DNA of 64,000 nucleotides. It comes from an uncultured bacterium. GTDB taxonomy: Bacteria > Desulfobacterota > Binatia > UBA1149 > CAITLU01. The position numbers were made by a program, and so were the translations under genes. This document shows, in pieces, positions 17,557 to 27,287 of the stretch (position 1 is its first letter; each line of letters opens with the position of its first letter). The notes under the pieces are model-generated. The model searched no databases. It saw only the letters and a list, made by a program, of their open reading frames with translations, and was not told the origin of the DNA. The stretch covers positions 14,402-78,401 of the forward strand of contig CAITLU010000031.1 in NCBI GenBank assembly GCA_903893315.1, written 5' to 3'.

Positions 17557-19128
17557 ATGGGCAACGCGATCAACCGCGCGGCGGACGCCAGCCGGGCCCA
17601 AGCGATCATCCTCGTTGTCGGTTTCTTCGTCCTGATCTCGGGAACCACTTTCGTAGCTGCCAGCGGTCAGGGAGCCGGCTTCCTTGTGGCCTTTGCCGCG
17701 GTGCTTGGCGCCTACGCGGTGTTGCGGTATCCATTCCTGGGCGTTTTCGCTTTCCTGATGACCTTTCTGTTTACGTATCCGGAACCGCTGCGAGGTTCCG
17801 GCAACTTTACGATCAACAATCTGCTCGGGGTGGTGCTCGTTCCGATTTTATTGTTCGGGACTTTGCGTGACGGCATCGGCTGGTTTTGGAGGACTCGGCC
17901 GTTGGTGGCGCTGCTGGCCACCATGGTGATCCTGCTTTCATCCGGCGTGGTCTACAATCGCTACGTCGGCGACGTCGAGGGAAGAGCGACAATTGAGGAG
18001 CGCAAGGGCGTCAGCAAGGAACTCTACGGTCAGCGTAAAGCCGGCGGAGAACTCCTTGTCCGCACTCGTGACCCCAGGATCAAAATCGTCACGCGCTACG
18101 CGTTCTTGCTGTTTTTTGTGTTTTTCGTGCGTACTCCGCGGCAGATCAAAGTAGTGATTGCGTTGCTGCTTTCCGTGTTGCTGCTGAGCTACATGAACGT
18201 GAGTAGCGAGGCTGGCGAACTCGGCTGGGGCAAGGGAAGGCTACGGGTAGTGGGCGACGCGGGGGTCGCACTCTATGCAGGAAGCAACCCGAACAAACTC
18301 GCATTCTACATCATGCTGTGTGCAACCTTCCTCTGGTATGCGCGTACACGTATAGCTTCCAACTGGGGAAGGCTTTTGTGCATGGGCGCTTTCGCTGTCT
18401 GCATGGTCAACCTTCTTATGACCGGTTCGCGTAGCGGTCTTTTGAGCGAGGTGGTTTTCTTCGGCATCGTGATGCTCGAGGGAAAGATCACGTACCGCAA
18501 ACTTTTCGGCGCGGCGTTGGCGGGGATGCTGCTTCTGGTTCAGGTGGGGTACGACGTCAACGTTCTCGAGTTGTTTCTACCGAGGCAAACTGCGGAGCGA
18601 CTCGGGCGCTTGAGGGGCGCTGGCGACATTTTGTCTGAAGGTCAGACGGTTGAGGGGTCATTCCAGAAGCGCGTTCGCAAACTGGGAGAGACCGCAGGGA
18701 TGATCACCATTGCGCCCCTTCTCGGTGTGGGACTCGAAAACTATGAGACGGTTTCTCAGATTTATGATCCTGCCGGGGTGGGCGGACCACCGCACAATTC
18801 TTACCTGTGGGCCGCGACGGAGGGCGGGCTCGTGACGCTCGGGCTCTACCTGTTCTGTTTCTATTGGATGCTCAAGGAACTGTTCGGGATTTCTCGCGAC
18901 TATGCGGGGCGTTTCGGGCCGGTGGATGCGTTTTGGATGGTCAACGCCGTGCGCACGGCGTTGCTCATGTTCCTGTTTTTCTCGTTCTTCGCTGACGTTT
19001 GGAATCACGTGTACTTTTACGTGATCGCAGGTCTCGGCTTGTCGCTGATACGGGTCCACCTTACTTATGCAGAGACTGGGCATGTCCCCGGCACGCAAAT
19101 CGGTCCGCCGGGGGCAGCTCCCGTATGA
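17557..19128 (+). CDS. O-antigen ligase / Wzy-type polymerase family membrane protein (exosortase-locus-associated type)
   Basis: About 12 TM helices. Wzy_C-type motifs MTGSRSG, LLGVGLENY and HNSYLWAATEGGL, with a large periplasmic loop. 523 aa. Confidence 0.75.
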   Translation: MGNAINRAADASRAQAIILVVGFFVLISGTTFVAASGQGAGFLVAFAAVLGAYAVLRYPFLGVFAFLMTFLFTYPEPLRGSGNFTINNLLGVVLVPILLFGTLRDGIGWFWRTRPLVALLATMVILLSSGVVYNRYVGDVEGRATIEERKGVSKELYGQRKAGGELLVRTRDPRIKIVTRYAFLLFFVFFVRTPRQIKVVIALLLSVLLLSYMNVSSEAGELGWGKGRLRVVGDAGVALYAGSNPNKLAFYIMLCATFLWYARTRIASNWGRLLCMGAFAVCMVNLLMTGSRSGLLSEVVFFGIVMLEGKITYRKLFGAALAGMLLLVQVGYDVNVLELFLPRQTAERLGRLRGAGDILSEGQTVEGSFQKRVRKLGETAGMITIAPLLGVGLENYETVSQIYDPAGVGGPPHNSYLWAATEGGLVTLGLYLFCFYWMLKELFGISRDYAGRFGPVDAFWMVNAVRTALLMFLFFSFFADVWNHVYFYVIAGLGLSLIRVHLTYAETGHVPGTQIGPPGAAPV

Positions 19129-20432
19129 GGCGAGTCGCCTATCTCTTTCCGCTCTTTCCCGTCATCAATCAGACCTTCACCCTTGCCGAAGTGATAGGGA
19201 TGAAAAAGCGGGGCTACGACATCCGGTTGTACTCGCTTCTTTCAAGGGTCGACGAGACCTTGCAACAGACGGAGGCCAAGGCCTTCATTTCCGAGACCCA
19301 CTACTGTCCGGGCTATGGCTCCAGGGCTCTTTGGGCTCCGTTTTTCCGGGGAGTTCTTCGTAACCCCGCGAGGGTTGCAGCTTTGTTCGCGACCCTGTGG
19401 CGGGCGTGGCGCCAGCACGTTCCGACCAGGCGCGGCGGCGCGTCTCCGCCTCCGGATACCTTTACTCTTGCGGAATGGATCGACGCTCTGTATCGCGGCA
19501 ACCGTTACTTCTACCTGATGAAGTCGTGGATGATGGTGCCCCACGCGCTCTACCTTGCCGAGGTTTTCGAGCGCGATGGCATCCCTCACGTCCATTGCCA
19601 CTGGGCGACATACCCGGCTACGGTCGGCATGCTGATCAAGCAGTGGTCGGGCATCCCGTTCAGCGTCACGGCCCACGCCTACGACATCCACATGATGCCT
19701 TGGATGCTGCCGGCCAAGCTCGAGGCCGCGGATTTCTTCGTGACCTGCGCTGACTACAACCGCCGCTATCTGAGCACGTTGTGCAGCGCGCAGGCGGCGT
19801 CTCGGATATTCCTCAACTATCACGGCACCGACCTTGATAGATTCCAACCCGGGCAGCGCGTGGCCGGTGATGAATTCCGGGTTGTAAGTGTAGGCTGGTT
19901 CAAGGAGTACAAGGGTTTCCATTTTGTGGTCGACGCGATAGCCACGATGACACGGCGCGGCATTAATGCGGTTTTCCATTTGGCAGGCGACGGGCCGCAA
20001 AGGGGCTATCTGGAGGAACAGGCCAAGCGTCTGGGAATCGGTGACCGGGTGGTCTTTCACGGATATCTTGCGCACGACCGCTTGGTTGGGCTTTACCGGG
20101 ACTGCGACGCCTTCGCGATGGGAAGCATCGAGATGACCAACTTCGGACGCCAGGACGTCATCCCCAATGTGATCGCGGAGGCGATGGCGGTGGGCCTTCC
20201 CATCGTGGCAACCCAAATGGGCGGAGTCTCCGAGCTGGTTGATGACGGCGAGAGTGGGCTGCTCGTGCCCCAGCGGGACCCCGCGGCGCTGGCCGACGCA
20301 CTGACCCGTGTTGCCACGGATCCGGAACTGGCTTCGCGTCTGCGCGCAGGTGGTCTGGCCAAGGTCCGACGTATCTGGGACCGCAATCGCAACCTCGACG
20401 AATTGGCAGAGCTCTTCAACCAGCGTATCTAA
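19125..20432 (+). CDS. GT4 glycosyltransferase (WcaL / PEP-CTERM-associated sugar transferase-like)
   Basis: ATGA overlap with the upstream stop (ATG 19125). The C-terminal GT4 core ends EAMAVGLPIVATQMGGVSELVDDGESGLLV. The track ORF begins earlier at 18999 in a non-conserved leader. Confidence 0.8.
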   Translation: MRRVAYLFPLFPVINQTFTLAEVIGMKKRGYDIRLYSLLSRVDETLQQTEAKAFISETHYCPGYGSRALWAPFFRGVLRNPARVAALFATLWRAWRQHVPTRRGGASPPPDTFTLAEWIDALYRGNRYFYLMKSWMMVPHALYLAEVFERDGIPHVHCHWATYPATVGMLIKQWSGIPFSVTAHAYDIHMMPWMLPAKLEAADFFVTCADYNRRYLSTLCSAQAASRIFLNYHGTDLDRFQPGQRVAGDEFRVVSVGWFKEYKGFHFVVDAIATMTRRGINAVFHLAGDGPQRGYLEEQAKRLGIGDRVVFHGYLAHDRLVGLYRDCDAFAMGSIEMTNFGRQDVIPNVIAEAMAVGLPIVATQMGGVSELVDDGESGLLVPQRDPAALADALTRVATDPELASRLRAGGLAKVRRIWDRNRNLDELAELFNQRI

Positions 20433-20476
20433 GTGCAGGTTCCGGATGCGTCGCGAGGCGCGGTAGCGTGAGTTAG

Positions 20477-21649
20477 ATGAGTTCGACCAGAAGGACAGAG
20501 TTCTTGCCGTTCCACCGGCCCTCGGTGGGAGAGGCTGAGATTGCGGAGGTAGTCGATACGCTGCGGTCCGGCTGGCTCACCATGGGGCCGAAGACACAGC
20601 GTTTCGAGGAGAAGTTCGCAGCTTATGTGGGGACCCGGCACGCAGTTGCGGTCAACTCGTGCACCGCGGCCTTGCATTTGCTTTTCGAAGCCCTTGGCCT
20701 CGGGCCCGGCGATGAGGTCATCACGACGCCCTACACTTTCACGGCGACGGTGGCCTCGGTTCTGTACACGGGGGCGACCCCGGTGCTGGTCGATACTCTG
20801 GCCGGCTATCCGAACATCGATCCGGAGGCGGTTGCGGCGCGCGTCAGCGAGCGCACCAAAGCCATCGTCCCCGTCCACTTCGCTGGCGTACCCTGCGACC
20901 TGGACCGGCTCGGGGAGATTGCCGCCGGTTGCGGCGCCTCGTTGATCGAGGACGCAGCCCACGCTCTGCCGGCCAGATACAAGGGACGCATGATCGGCGG
21001 GATCGGAGCTGCGACGGCCTTTAGCTTCTACGCCGGCAAGAACATGACTACCGGCGAAGGCGGCATGATCACGACCGACGACTCCGCGCTTGCTGATGCC
21101 CTCAAAATCCGCCGACTTCACGGCATCTCGCGCGACGCCTGGAAACGTTACACGGCTGAAGGCTCCTGGTACTACGAAGTCGAGGCTCTCGGCTTCAAAT
21201 ACAACATGACCGATATCAATGCGGCTCTGGGGCTTCATCAGCTTGACCGCCTGGCGGAGTTCCAGCGCCGTCGTTTGGAGATTGTCGCGCTCTACGATGA
21301 ATGCCTTGCGTCGGTGCCCGGGATCATCAGACCCGAAACGCCGCCGGACGTTGAGTCGGCATGGCACCTGTATGTGGTGCGTCTGGATTCGGAGCGGCTG
21401 CGGGTCACGCGCAACGAGGTAATCGAGTATCTCAAAGCAGACAACATCGGCACCAGCGTTCACTTCATTCCAGTCCCGCTGCACCCGCTCTACCAGCAGC
21501 GCCTCGGCTGCCGGCCGGAAGATTTTCCTAACGCCGTAGCTCTCTATGAGCAGTCGATCTCTCTTCCTCTGTTCCCGGACATGACCGACGACGATGTCCG
21601 AAGCGTGTGCCGTAGTTTGGGGCGCATCGCGACGGAGAACCGGAGATGA
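20477..21649 (+). CDS. DegT/DnrJ/EryC1/StrS-family PLP-dependent sugar aminotransferase
   Basis: FEEKFAAYVG, AVNSCTAAL, the PLP-lysine region FSFYAGKNMTTGEGGMI and LPLFPDMTDDDV are characteristic of the family. Confidence 0.9.
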   Translation: MSSTRRTEFLPFHRPSVGEAEIAEVVDTLRSGWLTMGPKTQRFEEKFAAYVGTRHAVAVNSCTAALHLLFEALGLGPGDEVITTPYTFTATVASVLYTGATPVLVDTLAGYPNIDPEAVAARVSERTKAIVPVHFAGVPCDLDRLGEIAAGCGASLIEDAAHALPARYKGRMIGGIGAATAFSFYAGKNMTTGEGGMITTDDSALADALKIRRLHGISRDAWKRYTAEGSWYYEVEALGFKYNMTDINAALGLHQLDRLAEFQRRRLEIVALYDECLASVPGIIRPETPPDVESAWHLYVVRLDSERLRVTRNEVIEYLKADNIGTSVHFIPVPLHPLYQQRLGCRPEDFPNAVALYEQSISLPLFPDMTDDDVRSVCRSLGRIATENRR

Positions 21650-23064
21650 CCAAGGGGCAGGCAGCCGCCAAGCGTATCTTCGACTTTACGGGTGCCTCGG
21701 TCGGAATCATCATGGTTTCGCCCCTTTGGCTGCTGCTGGCGGGGCTGATCAAACTCGACTCCCACGGGCCGGTTTTCTTTCGTCAGGAGAGGGCGGCCGT
21801 TGGCGGCGGTACTTTCCGTATCTTCAAGTTCCGTACGATGGTCGCGGGGGCCTACCGCAGCGGCGCCCGGCTTACCGTCAGGCGAGACCCGCGAATAACC
21901 AACGTGGGACAAATCCTGCGGTGGACCAAACTGGACGAACTGCCCCAGCTTTTAAATGTGTTTTTGGGCGATATGTCATTCGTCGGTCCGCGTCCGGAGG
22001 ATCCCTACTTTACGAATTTCTACACCGCCGAGCAGCGCGAGGTACTTGCCGCCAAGCCGGGGGTTATAGGACCGAGCCAGGTAGAAGGGCGCGACGAGAT
22101 CGAAAAGTACCCAGATGACTGCGAGAACATCGAAGAGTTCTACCTCCACCACATTCTTCCGCCGAAGCTGGAGAGGGACCTTCACTACGTTCGCCATGCG
22201 ACCTTTCTGACTGACCTCCGGGTGCTCGCGTCCGGTCTCCTGTCGATACTGTGCAGTCAGTTCAAGGCCCGCTTTTTTGCCCGCACCCGCTACCGCCTGG
22301 CCGCACTGGTCGGGGACATTGTTCTGATGGTCGTGTCTTACCTGGGTGCCAACCTGATCAAGTTCGACTGGCGCCTGGGACCCGACGAATGGTCCTACAT
22401 AGGCAAGGCTCTGATCTGGGTTGTGGCTGTCAGGCCTCTTGTTTTCGTGTATTACGGCCTCTACCAACGGACCACGCGATGGATGGGGCGCCGCGACATG
22501 GCGGCCGTAGTTAAGGCTGTCAGCGTCAGTTCTGCCCTGTTGGTGGCCGGCACTTACTTCAGTCTTCAACATCACTCCCGGGCTGTTTTCGTCATCGACT
22601 GGATACTGCTGCTTTGCCTGATCGGCGGCTCACGCTATATGCTCGGCTCGATTCTGAGCGGCGCGGCCCGGCGCGAGGAGAAGGGCCCGTTCGTGAAGGT
22701 GCTGGTGGCGGGTTCGGGCCACGGTGGGGAAGCGATACTTCGCTCCCTGCTGGAGGATCCCGGTTCTCTTTTCATGCCCGTCGGCATCATCGACCACGAG
22801 CCGCACCGGTGGGGCGCGCTCATACACGGTGTTCGTGTGATGGGTGGAGCGACCGACATTGCCATGGCGGCCAGTACGCATGGAGTGGAGATGGTTCTCG
22901 TGTCCCTCGCCGATCTTGACCCCGTGATGGTCAGGGAGATCGTCGAGGCGTGCAGGAGGCTGGGCTTGGAGTGTCGTTTGGTCCCCGCGCTGTCCGATCT
23001 GCTTGCCCAGGATGCGGGCGAGCCGGTCAAGAGAATATTTCTCTCTTCGCAGGCGGGAGTATGA
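21646..23064 (+). CDS. polyprenyl-phosphate sugar phosphotransferase with permuted domain order (Bac_transf at N-terminus, TM bundle + CoA-binding-like Rossmann domain at C-terminus)
   Basis: ATGA coupling at 21646. Residues about 9-205 form a complete Bac_transf domain (KRIFDF..., [51 protein letters not shown]). Residues about 210-330 contain four hydrophobic helices. Residues about 335-460 are a Rossmann-like domain ([19 protein letters not shown]...VGIIDHEPH...[22 protein letters not shown]). This is the reverse of the canonical WbaP/WcaJ order. Confidence 0.8.
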   Translation: MTKGQAAAKRIFDFTGASVGIIMVSPLWLLLAGLIKLDSHGPVFFRQERAAVGGGTFRIFKFRTMVAGAYRSGARLTVRRDPRITNVGQILRWTKLDELPQLLNVFLGDMSFVGPRPEDPYFTNFYTAEQREVLAAKPGVIGPSQVEGRDEIEKYPDDCENIEEFYLHHILPPKLERDLHYVRHATFLTDLRVLASGLLSILCSQFKARFFARTRYRLAALVGDIVLMVVSYLGANLIKFDWRLGPDEWSYIGKALIWVVAVRPLVFVYYGLYQRTTRWMGRRDMAAVVKAVSVSSALLVAGTYFSLQHHSRAVFVIDWILLLCLIGGSRYMLGSILSGAARREEKGPFVKVLVAGSGHGGEAILRSLLEDPGSLFMPVGIIDHEPHRWGALIHGVRVMGGATDIAMAASTHGVEMVLVSLADLDPVMVREIVEACRRLGLECRLVPALSDLLAQDAGEPVKRIFLSSQAGV

Positions 23065-24125
23065 CGGAAAAATGTATCAGGCCCGGCGACACTGTTCTCG
23101 TGACTGGAGGAGCCGGCTATGTCGGCTCCCATCTGGTCGGCATGCTTTTGAAGCGCGGCTATCAAGTGCGCGTGCTCGAAAATTATCTGTACGGGGCGGC
23201 AGGACTTCGTGACGTAAAAGATCCCGGCCTCGACCTCCAGTACGGCGACATCTGCAACATTCGCGACATGATTCGCGTCACCCGCGGCGTGCGCGCAGTG
23301 ATCGCGCTGGCCGCTCTCGTCGGAGATCCCGCGTGCGAGATCGATCACGACGAAACGATGGCGATCAACGTCGAGTCGACCAAACTGCTCTGCCAGGTCG
23401 TCAAGCATTACCCCGAGGTTGAGAGGGTGGTCTTTGCGTCGTCGTGCAGCGTGTACGGTGCGACCGAGGGACTGGTGCTCAACGAGGGTTCGCGGCTCAA
23501 TCCCGTCTCGTTCTACGCGCGTAGTCGGATCGTTTCCGAAAGTATCCTGCGACGTGAACTCGAAGGGCGCTCGGTGGTGACGCTGCGGCTAGGAACGGTG
23601 TTCGGAGCCTCTCCGAGGCCGCGTCTGGACCTGATGATCAACACCATGACCTGTCGCGCCGTTCGTGACGGGCTCATCACGGTGACGGACGGTGGCTCGT
23701 GGCGTCCGCACGTTCACGTGCGCGATGTTGCCGAAGCCTTTCTGCTGGCTGCCGAAGCTCCCGACGAGCACGCGACCGGCGAAATCTTCAACGTCGGTTG
23801 CAACGACAACAACATGACGATCTCCCACACCGCCGAGTTGATCGCCGCCAGGATCCCGGGAACGAGAGTAGAGTTTGGCGGCCGCGTCGACGATTTGCGC
23901 AGCTACCGTGTCAGCTTCGACAAGATCCGCCACGTGCTCGGGTTCGTTCCCTCGCGAAGCATAGAAGACGGCGTCGACGAGATCAGGGACTTGCTAGAGA
24001 AGCAGTCGATCGATTGGACCGACCCGCGATACTCCAACGTGAAGTGGTTGCAAGCCCACGGTTTCGGCGGCACCGGCCGCGTCCCGGTCGAAGGCGAACC
24101 GCACCCGGTCGGCGAATCGGCGTAG
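23061..24125 (+). CDS. NAD-dependent nucleotide-sugar epimerase/dehydratase (extended SDR)
   Basis: ATGA coupling at 23061. VLVTGGAGYVGSHL Rossmann motif and a catalytic YxxxK region. 354 aa. Confidence 0.85.
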   Translation: MTEKCIRPGDTVLVTGGAGYVGSHLVGMLLKRGYQVRVLENYLYGAAGLRDVKDPGLDLQYGDICNIRDMIRVTRGVRAVIALAALVGDPACEIDHDETMAINVESTKLLCQVVKHYPEVERVVFASSCSVYGATEGLVLNEGSRLNPVSFYARSRIVSESILRRELEGRSVVTLRLGTVFGASPRPRLDLMINTMTCRAVRDGLITVTDGGSWRPHVHVRDVAEAFLLAAEAPDEHATGEIFNVGCNDNNMTISHTAELIAARIPGTRVEFGGRVDDLRSYRVSFDKIRHVLGFVPSRSIEDGVDEIRDLLEKQSIDWTDPRYSNVKWLQAHGFGGTGRVPVEGEPHPVGESA

Positions 24126-24176
24126 CGCGGGCGACGCGAAGTCTTTTCTCCTAGGACAGGGCAGGGCACTCCCATC

Positions 24177-25172
24177 ATGCGTGAGCACGGAACGCTCAGG
24201 ATCCTTCATTTCGGGCTGGGCGAGATCGGGATTGGGATCGCGCGGGAGACCGCGCGCATGGCGCGGCTTCAGAGCGTGGCTGCGGTCGATCTGGATCCTT
24301 CAAAGGTCGGTCGTTCGTTGGGGGCGCTGGCCGGGAGCGGTCCTTCTGACGTGATCGTGCGTGCTTCGCTGGCCGAGGCGCTTGCTGATGCCGGTTCGGC
24401 AGACGTCGCACTGCACTGTTCAGGTTCGCACATCGAAAGCATCGAGGGCAGCTTGATGGCGCTGATCGATGCGGGGTGCAACGTTGTGACGACGGCCGAA
24501 GAGGTCATCTGTCCCTACGTCGGCCATCCCGACGCGGCGGCAAGACTCGACGCCGCTGCCAAAAAAAATGGAGTCACGCTGTACGCGGCCGGCGTCAATC
24601 CGGGTTTTCTGATGGACCGTCTGCCCGTCTATCTCTCTTCGATGACGCTGGCACCGAGGTCGCTGCGCGCCACGCGTCTGGTCGATCTCTCGCAGCGTCG
24701 CAGCGCGCTCAGGCGCAAGATGGGCGTCGGCGAAGATGCGGCATCGGTACGCGAACGCACGCGCCGATTCGCGATAGGGCACGCCGGTTTTGCGGAGTCG
24801 GTGCAGTACGTGGCGCGGGCTCTTGGCTGGGCTGTCGGACCTGTCAGGCAGACGCTAGAACCGGTTGTGGCCGAGCGACGCGTGGAACGTGGAGGAGAGA
24901 TCGTCGAAGCCGGAGCAGTTCTTGGCTTGGCCCACACCGCGCACGCGGAAACGTCCGATGGTCACGAGATCTCGTTTTCATTGACGATGCGCCTGGACTG
25001 CAGCGAGCCCTTCGACGAGATCGAGATTGCAGGGCAGCCGCCCATCCTGGTGCGCTTTCCCTTTGGGCTGCACGGCGACCTGGCCACGCTGGCGAGCGCC
25101 GTCAACGCGGCCTCTTTCGTTGCCACCGCTGCTCCTGGCCTGATCAGTCAGCTGGTAACACCGACCGCCTGA
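24177..25172 (+). CDS. DapB-like NAD(P)-binding oxidoreductase (dihydrodipicolinate-reductase / amine-dehydrogenase superfamily)
   Basis: N-terminal LRILHFGLGEIGIGIARE dinucleotide-binding motif and a DapB-like two-domain layout. Substrate unknown. Confidence 0.5.
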   Translation: MREHGTLRILHFGLGEIGIGIARETARMARLQSVAAVDLDPSKVGRSLGALAGSGPSDVIVRASLAEALADAGSADVALHCSGSHIESIEGSLMALIDAGCNVVTTAEEVICPYVGHPDAAARLDAAAKKNGVTLYAAGVNPGFLMDRLPVYLSSMTLAPRSLRATRLVDLSQRRSALRRKMGVGEDAASVRERTRRFAIGHAGFAESVQYVARALGWAVGPVRQTLEPVVAERRVERGGEIVEAGAVLGLAHTAHAETSDGHEISFSLTMRLDCSEPFDEIEIAGQPPILVRFPFGLHGDLATLASAVNAASFVATAAPGLISQLVTPTA

Positions 25173-25210
25173 AGGGCGAGTGCGGCAGACTTCCTCCGAG
25201 ACGAAATAAG

Positions 25211-26299
25211 ATGACGATGAACGCGCAGAATATGCCCGGACGAACAGACGGCAGGCTCAGGGTCGGCGTCGTTGGTTGTGGCACCATTGCCTTGGCCCAC
25301 ATCCCATACATTCAAAAAGCCGGCGGCGACCTGGTCGCGCTCGCTGATCTATCTATTCGGCAATCGAGTGAACTCGCCGATCGTTTCGGTGTGCAGAGGG
25401 TGTATCGCGGCGCCGAAGAGATGTTCGATCAGGAGCGACTCGACGTCGTTCACGTTCTCACCCCGCCTAACTCGCATGCGAAAGTTGCAGTGGCGGCTCT
25501 CGATCGTGGAATCGCCACTCTGGTAGAGAAGCCGATGGCTCTCGACCAAAATGAAGTAGCTGCCATGGCGGCTGCGGCCAAACGCTCGGGAGCCATCCTG
25601 ACGGTCGACCACAACCGTCTCTTCGATCCACCAATGTTGGAGGCACGGCGTCTCTGGGAAAGTGGAGAACTCGGCGACCTGGTAGCGATAGAGAGTTTTC
25701 AGGCAGGGCGTGCCAGCGATCGCGCGTGGCTCGGCGACATCGCCGGCGGCGGCCTGGGCGACCTCGTGCCGCACCCGCTGTATCTGCAACTGTATTTTCT
25801 CGGAGAGGTAGACGAACTCCACGCGACGGCGTTCTCGCCGTCGGGAGGAAGCGCGCCCGAAGAACTCCGCGTGCTGATGAAGGGCAGGGGCAAGACCGGG
25901 GTTCTGACCATCTCGATGAACACTGCGCCCGGAATGAACACGCTCAAACTTTGCGGAACCAAGATGACGGTCGAGGTGAATCTCAACAACATGACGCTCG
26001 TCAAGCGCCGTGATTACAAGGTTCCGAAGATCATCGCCAAACCGTTGCCGAATCTGGATGAAGCCTGGCAACTGGTGCGCCAGACCGGCCAGAACACCAT
26101 CGACTTCGTGCGTGGGCGTATCCGCTACTATCCAGGAATGGGAGAACTTATCACGCGCTTCTACGATGCCGTGCGTCGCGGGACCTCGGCTCCGGTCAGC
26201 ATAGAAGAGGCTGCCGCGGTCGTCGACGTTACCGGACGTATCTGGAGCGAGCTTGCCGCCGCTTCACAGACAGCGACACGCGGCGTGGTGGAGGCCTGA
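25211..26299 (+). CDS. Gfo/Idh/MocA-family oxidoreductase (WbpB-like sugar 3-dehydrogenase candidate)
   Basis: Start MTMNAQ at ATG 25211 (the track ORF 24476 begins far upstream inside the previous gene's coordinates). RVGVVGCGTIALAHIPYI Rossmann motif and EKPMAL motif typical of the family. Confidence 0.8.
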   Translation: MTMNAQNMPGRTDGRLRVGVVGCGTIALAHIPYIQKAGGDLVALADLSIRQSSELADRFGVQRVYRGAEEMFDQERLDVVHVLTPPNSHAKVAVAALDRGIATLVEKPMALDQNEVAAMAAAAKRSGAILTVDHNRLFDPPMLEARRLWESGELGDLVAIESFQAGRASDRAWLGDIAGGGLGDLVPHPLYLQLYFLGEVDELHATAFSPSGGSAPEELRVLMKGRGKTGVLTISMNTAPGMNTLKLCGTKMTVEVNLNNMTLVKRRDYKVPKIIAKPLPNLDEAWQLVRQTGQNTIDFVRGRIRYYPGMGELITRFYDAVRRGTSAPVSIEEAAAVVDVTGRIWSELAAASQTATRGVVEA

Positions 26300-26300
26300 A

Positions 26301-27287
26301 ATGCGCGCTTTCGTTACTGGCGGGACCGGATTTCTCGGACGGCGCGTGGTGCGGCGCCTCATCGAACGTGGCGACGAAGTTCTTGCGCTCGCGCGTGAAG
26401 GCAGCCGCAGCGAAGAACTCGTCGCGGCTGGAGCGACCGTAGTTGTTGGAGACCTCGGCGATGTAGGCTCGGTACTGGACAAGGTCGCGGAGTGTGACGT
26501 CGTATACCACGTCGGCGCGCGTGTACTGTCGCACGGAGACTGGGACGAGTTCTTCAGGGTAAACGTCGAAGCTACCCAGCGTCTGATGGATGCGGCATGG
26601 GCCGGCAAGGTGAAGCGCTTCGTGCACGTCAGTTCGCTCGGCATCTTCGAGATAGACCGCGACGGGTTGACCATTTCGGATACCGCCGACTACGACCGGC
26701 GGCCGACGTTGCGTGGCTTTTACACGCGATCGAAAATCGATGCCGACCGGTTGGCCTGTTCGGCGGCCCGTACGGGGAAAAACGTCGTGGTGCTGCGTCC
26801 CGGGCTCCTGTTCGGGCACGATCACCCCCAGCAACCGGTGTTTCTCGGCCGAGTTAAGAAGTTTCTGCGACCCGACCTCCTGCTGGTCGTTAGCACACCG
26901 CGCTACTTGCTGCCGCTGACCTACATCGAGAATGCAGCCGACGCGGTGGTTCTCGCGGGTGTCACCGAGGGCATCGACGGGTCGATAATCAACGTCATAG
27001 ACAATCCCGACCTGACGCAGGGGGAGTATTTCCGGACGCTCGGGCAGGTGCGTGCTGGGTCGTTGCGCGTGTTGTACGTTCCGGTGGCGTTGCTAGCACC
27101 GGCAGTCAAGGCGGTGGACGCGCTGCATCGTCTGATCAAGCGACGGCCATGGGCGGTTGCCTACCAGTTGTTGCGCTCCGAGCGCAGCACCCGTTACGCG
27201 ACCGACGTGGCTGCCGCGCGGCTGGGATGGAAGCCGCGCGTGGGTCTCCGCGAGGCCCTCGAGGAGTCGCTGCGGAAATCGGCGTGA
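26301..27287 (+). CDS. NAD-dependent epimerase/dehydratase (3beta-HSD-like extended SDR)
   Basis: Start MRAFVTGGTGFLGRRVV at ATG 26301, 1 nt after the upstream stop. Catalytic YTRSK segment. Confidence 0.8.
   Translation: MRAFVTGGTGFLGRRVVRRLIERGDEVLALAREGSRSEELVAAGATVVVGDLGDVGSVLDKVAECDVVYHVGARVLSHGDWDEFFRVNVEATQRLMDAAWAGKVKRFVHVSSLGIFEIDRDGLTISDTADYDRRPTLRGFYTRSKIDADRLACSAARTGKNVVVLRPGLLFGHDHPQQPVFLGRVKKFLRPDLLLVVSTPRYLLPLTYIENAADAVVLAGVTEGIDGSIINVIDNPDLTQGEYFRTLGQVRAGSLRVLYVPVALLAPAVKAVDALHRLIKRRPWAVAYQLLRSERSTRYATDVAAARLGWKPRVGLREALEESLRKSA

Noticed and set aside
24476-25210. Upstream extension of the Gfo/Idh/MocA ORF (track ORF 24476..26299, 607 aa)
   Set aside because: The first 245 codons lie in a different frame inside the DapB-like gene (24177..25172) and translate to Arg-rich junk. 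The conserved protein begins at ATG 25211 (MTMNAQ…RVGVVGCG).
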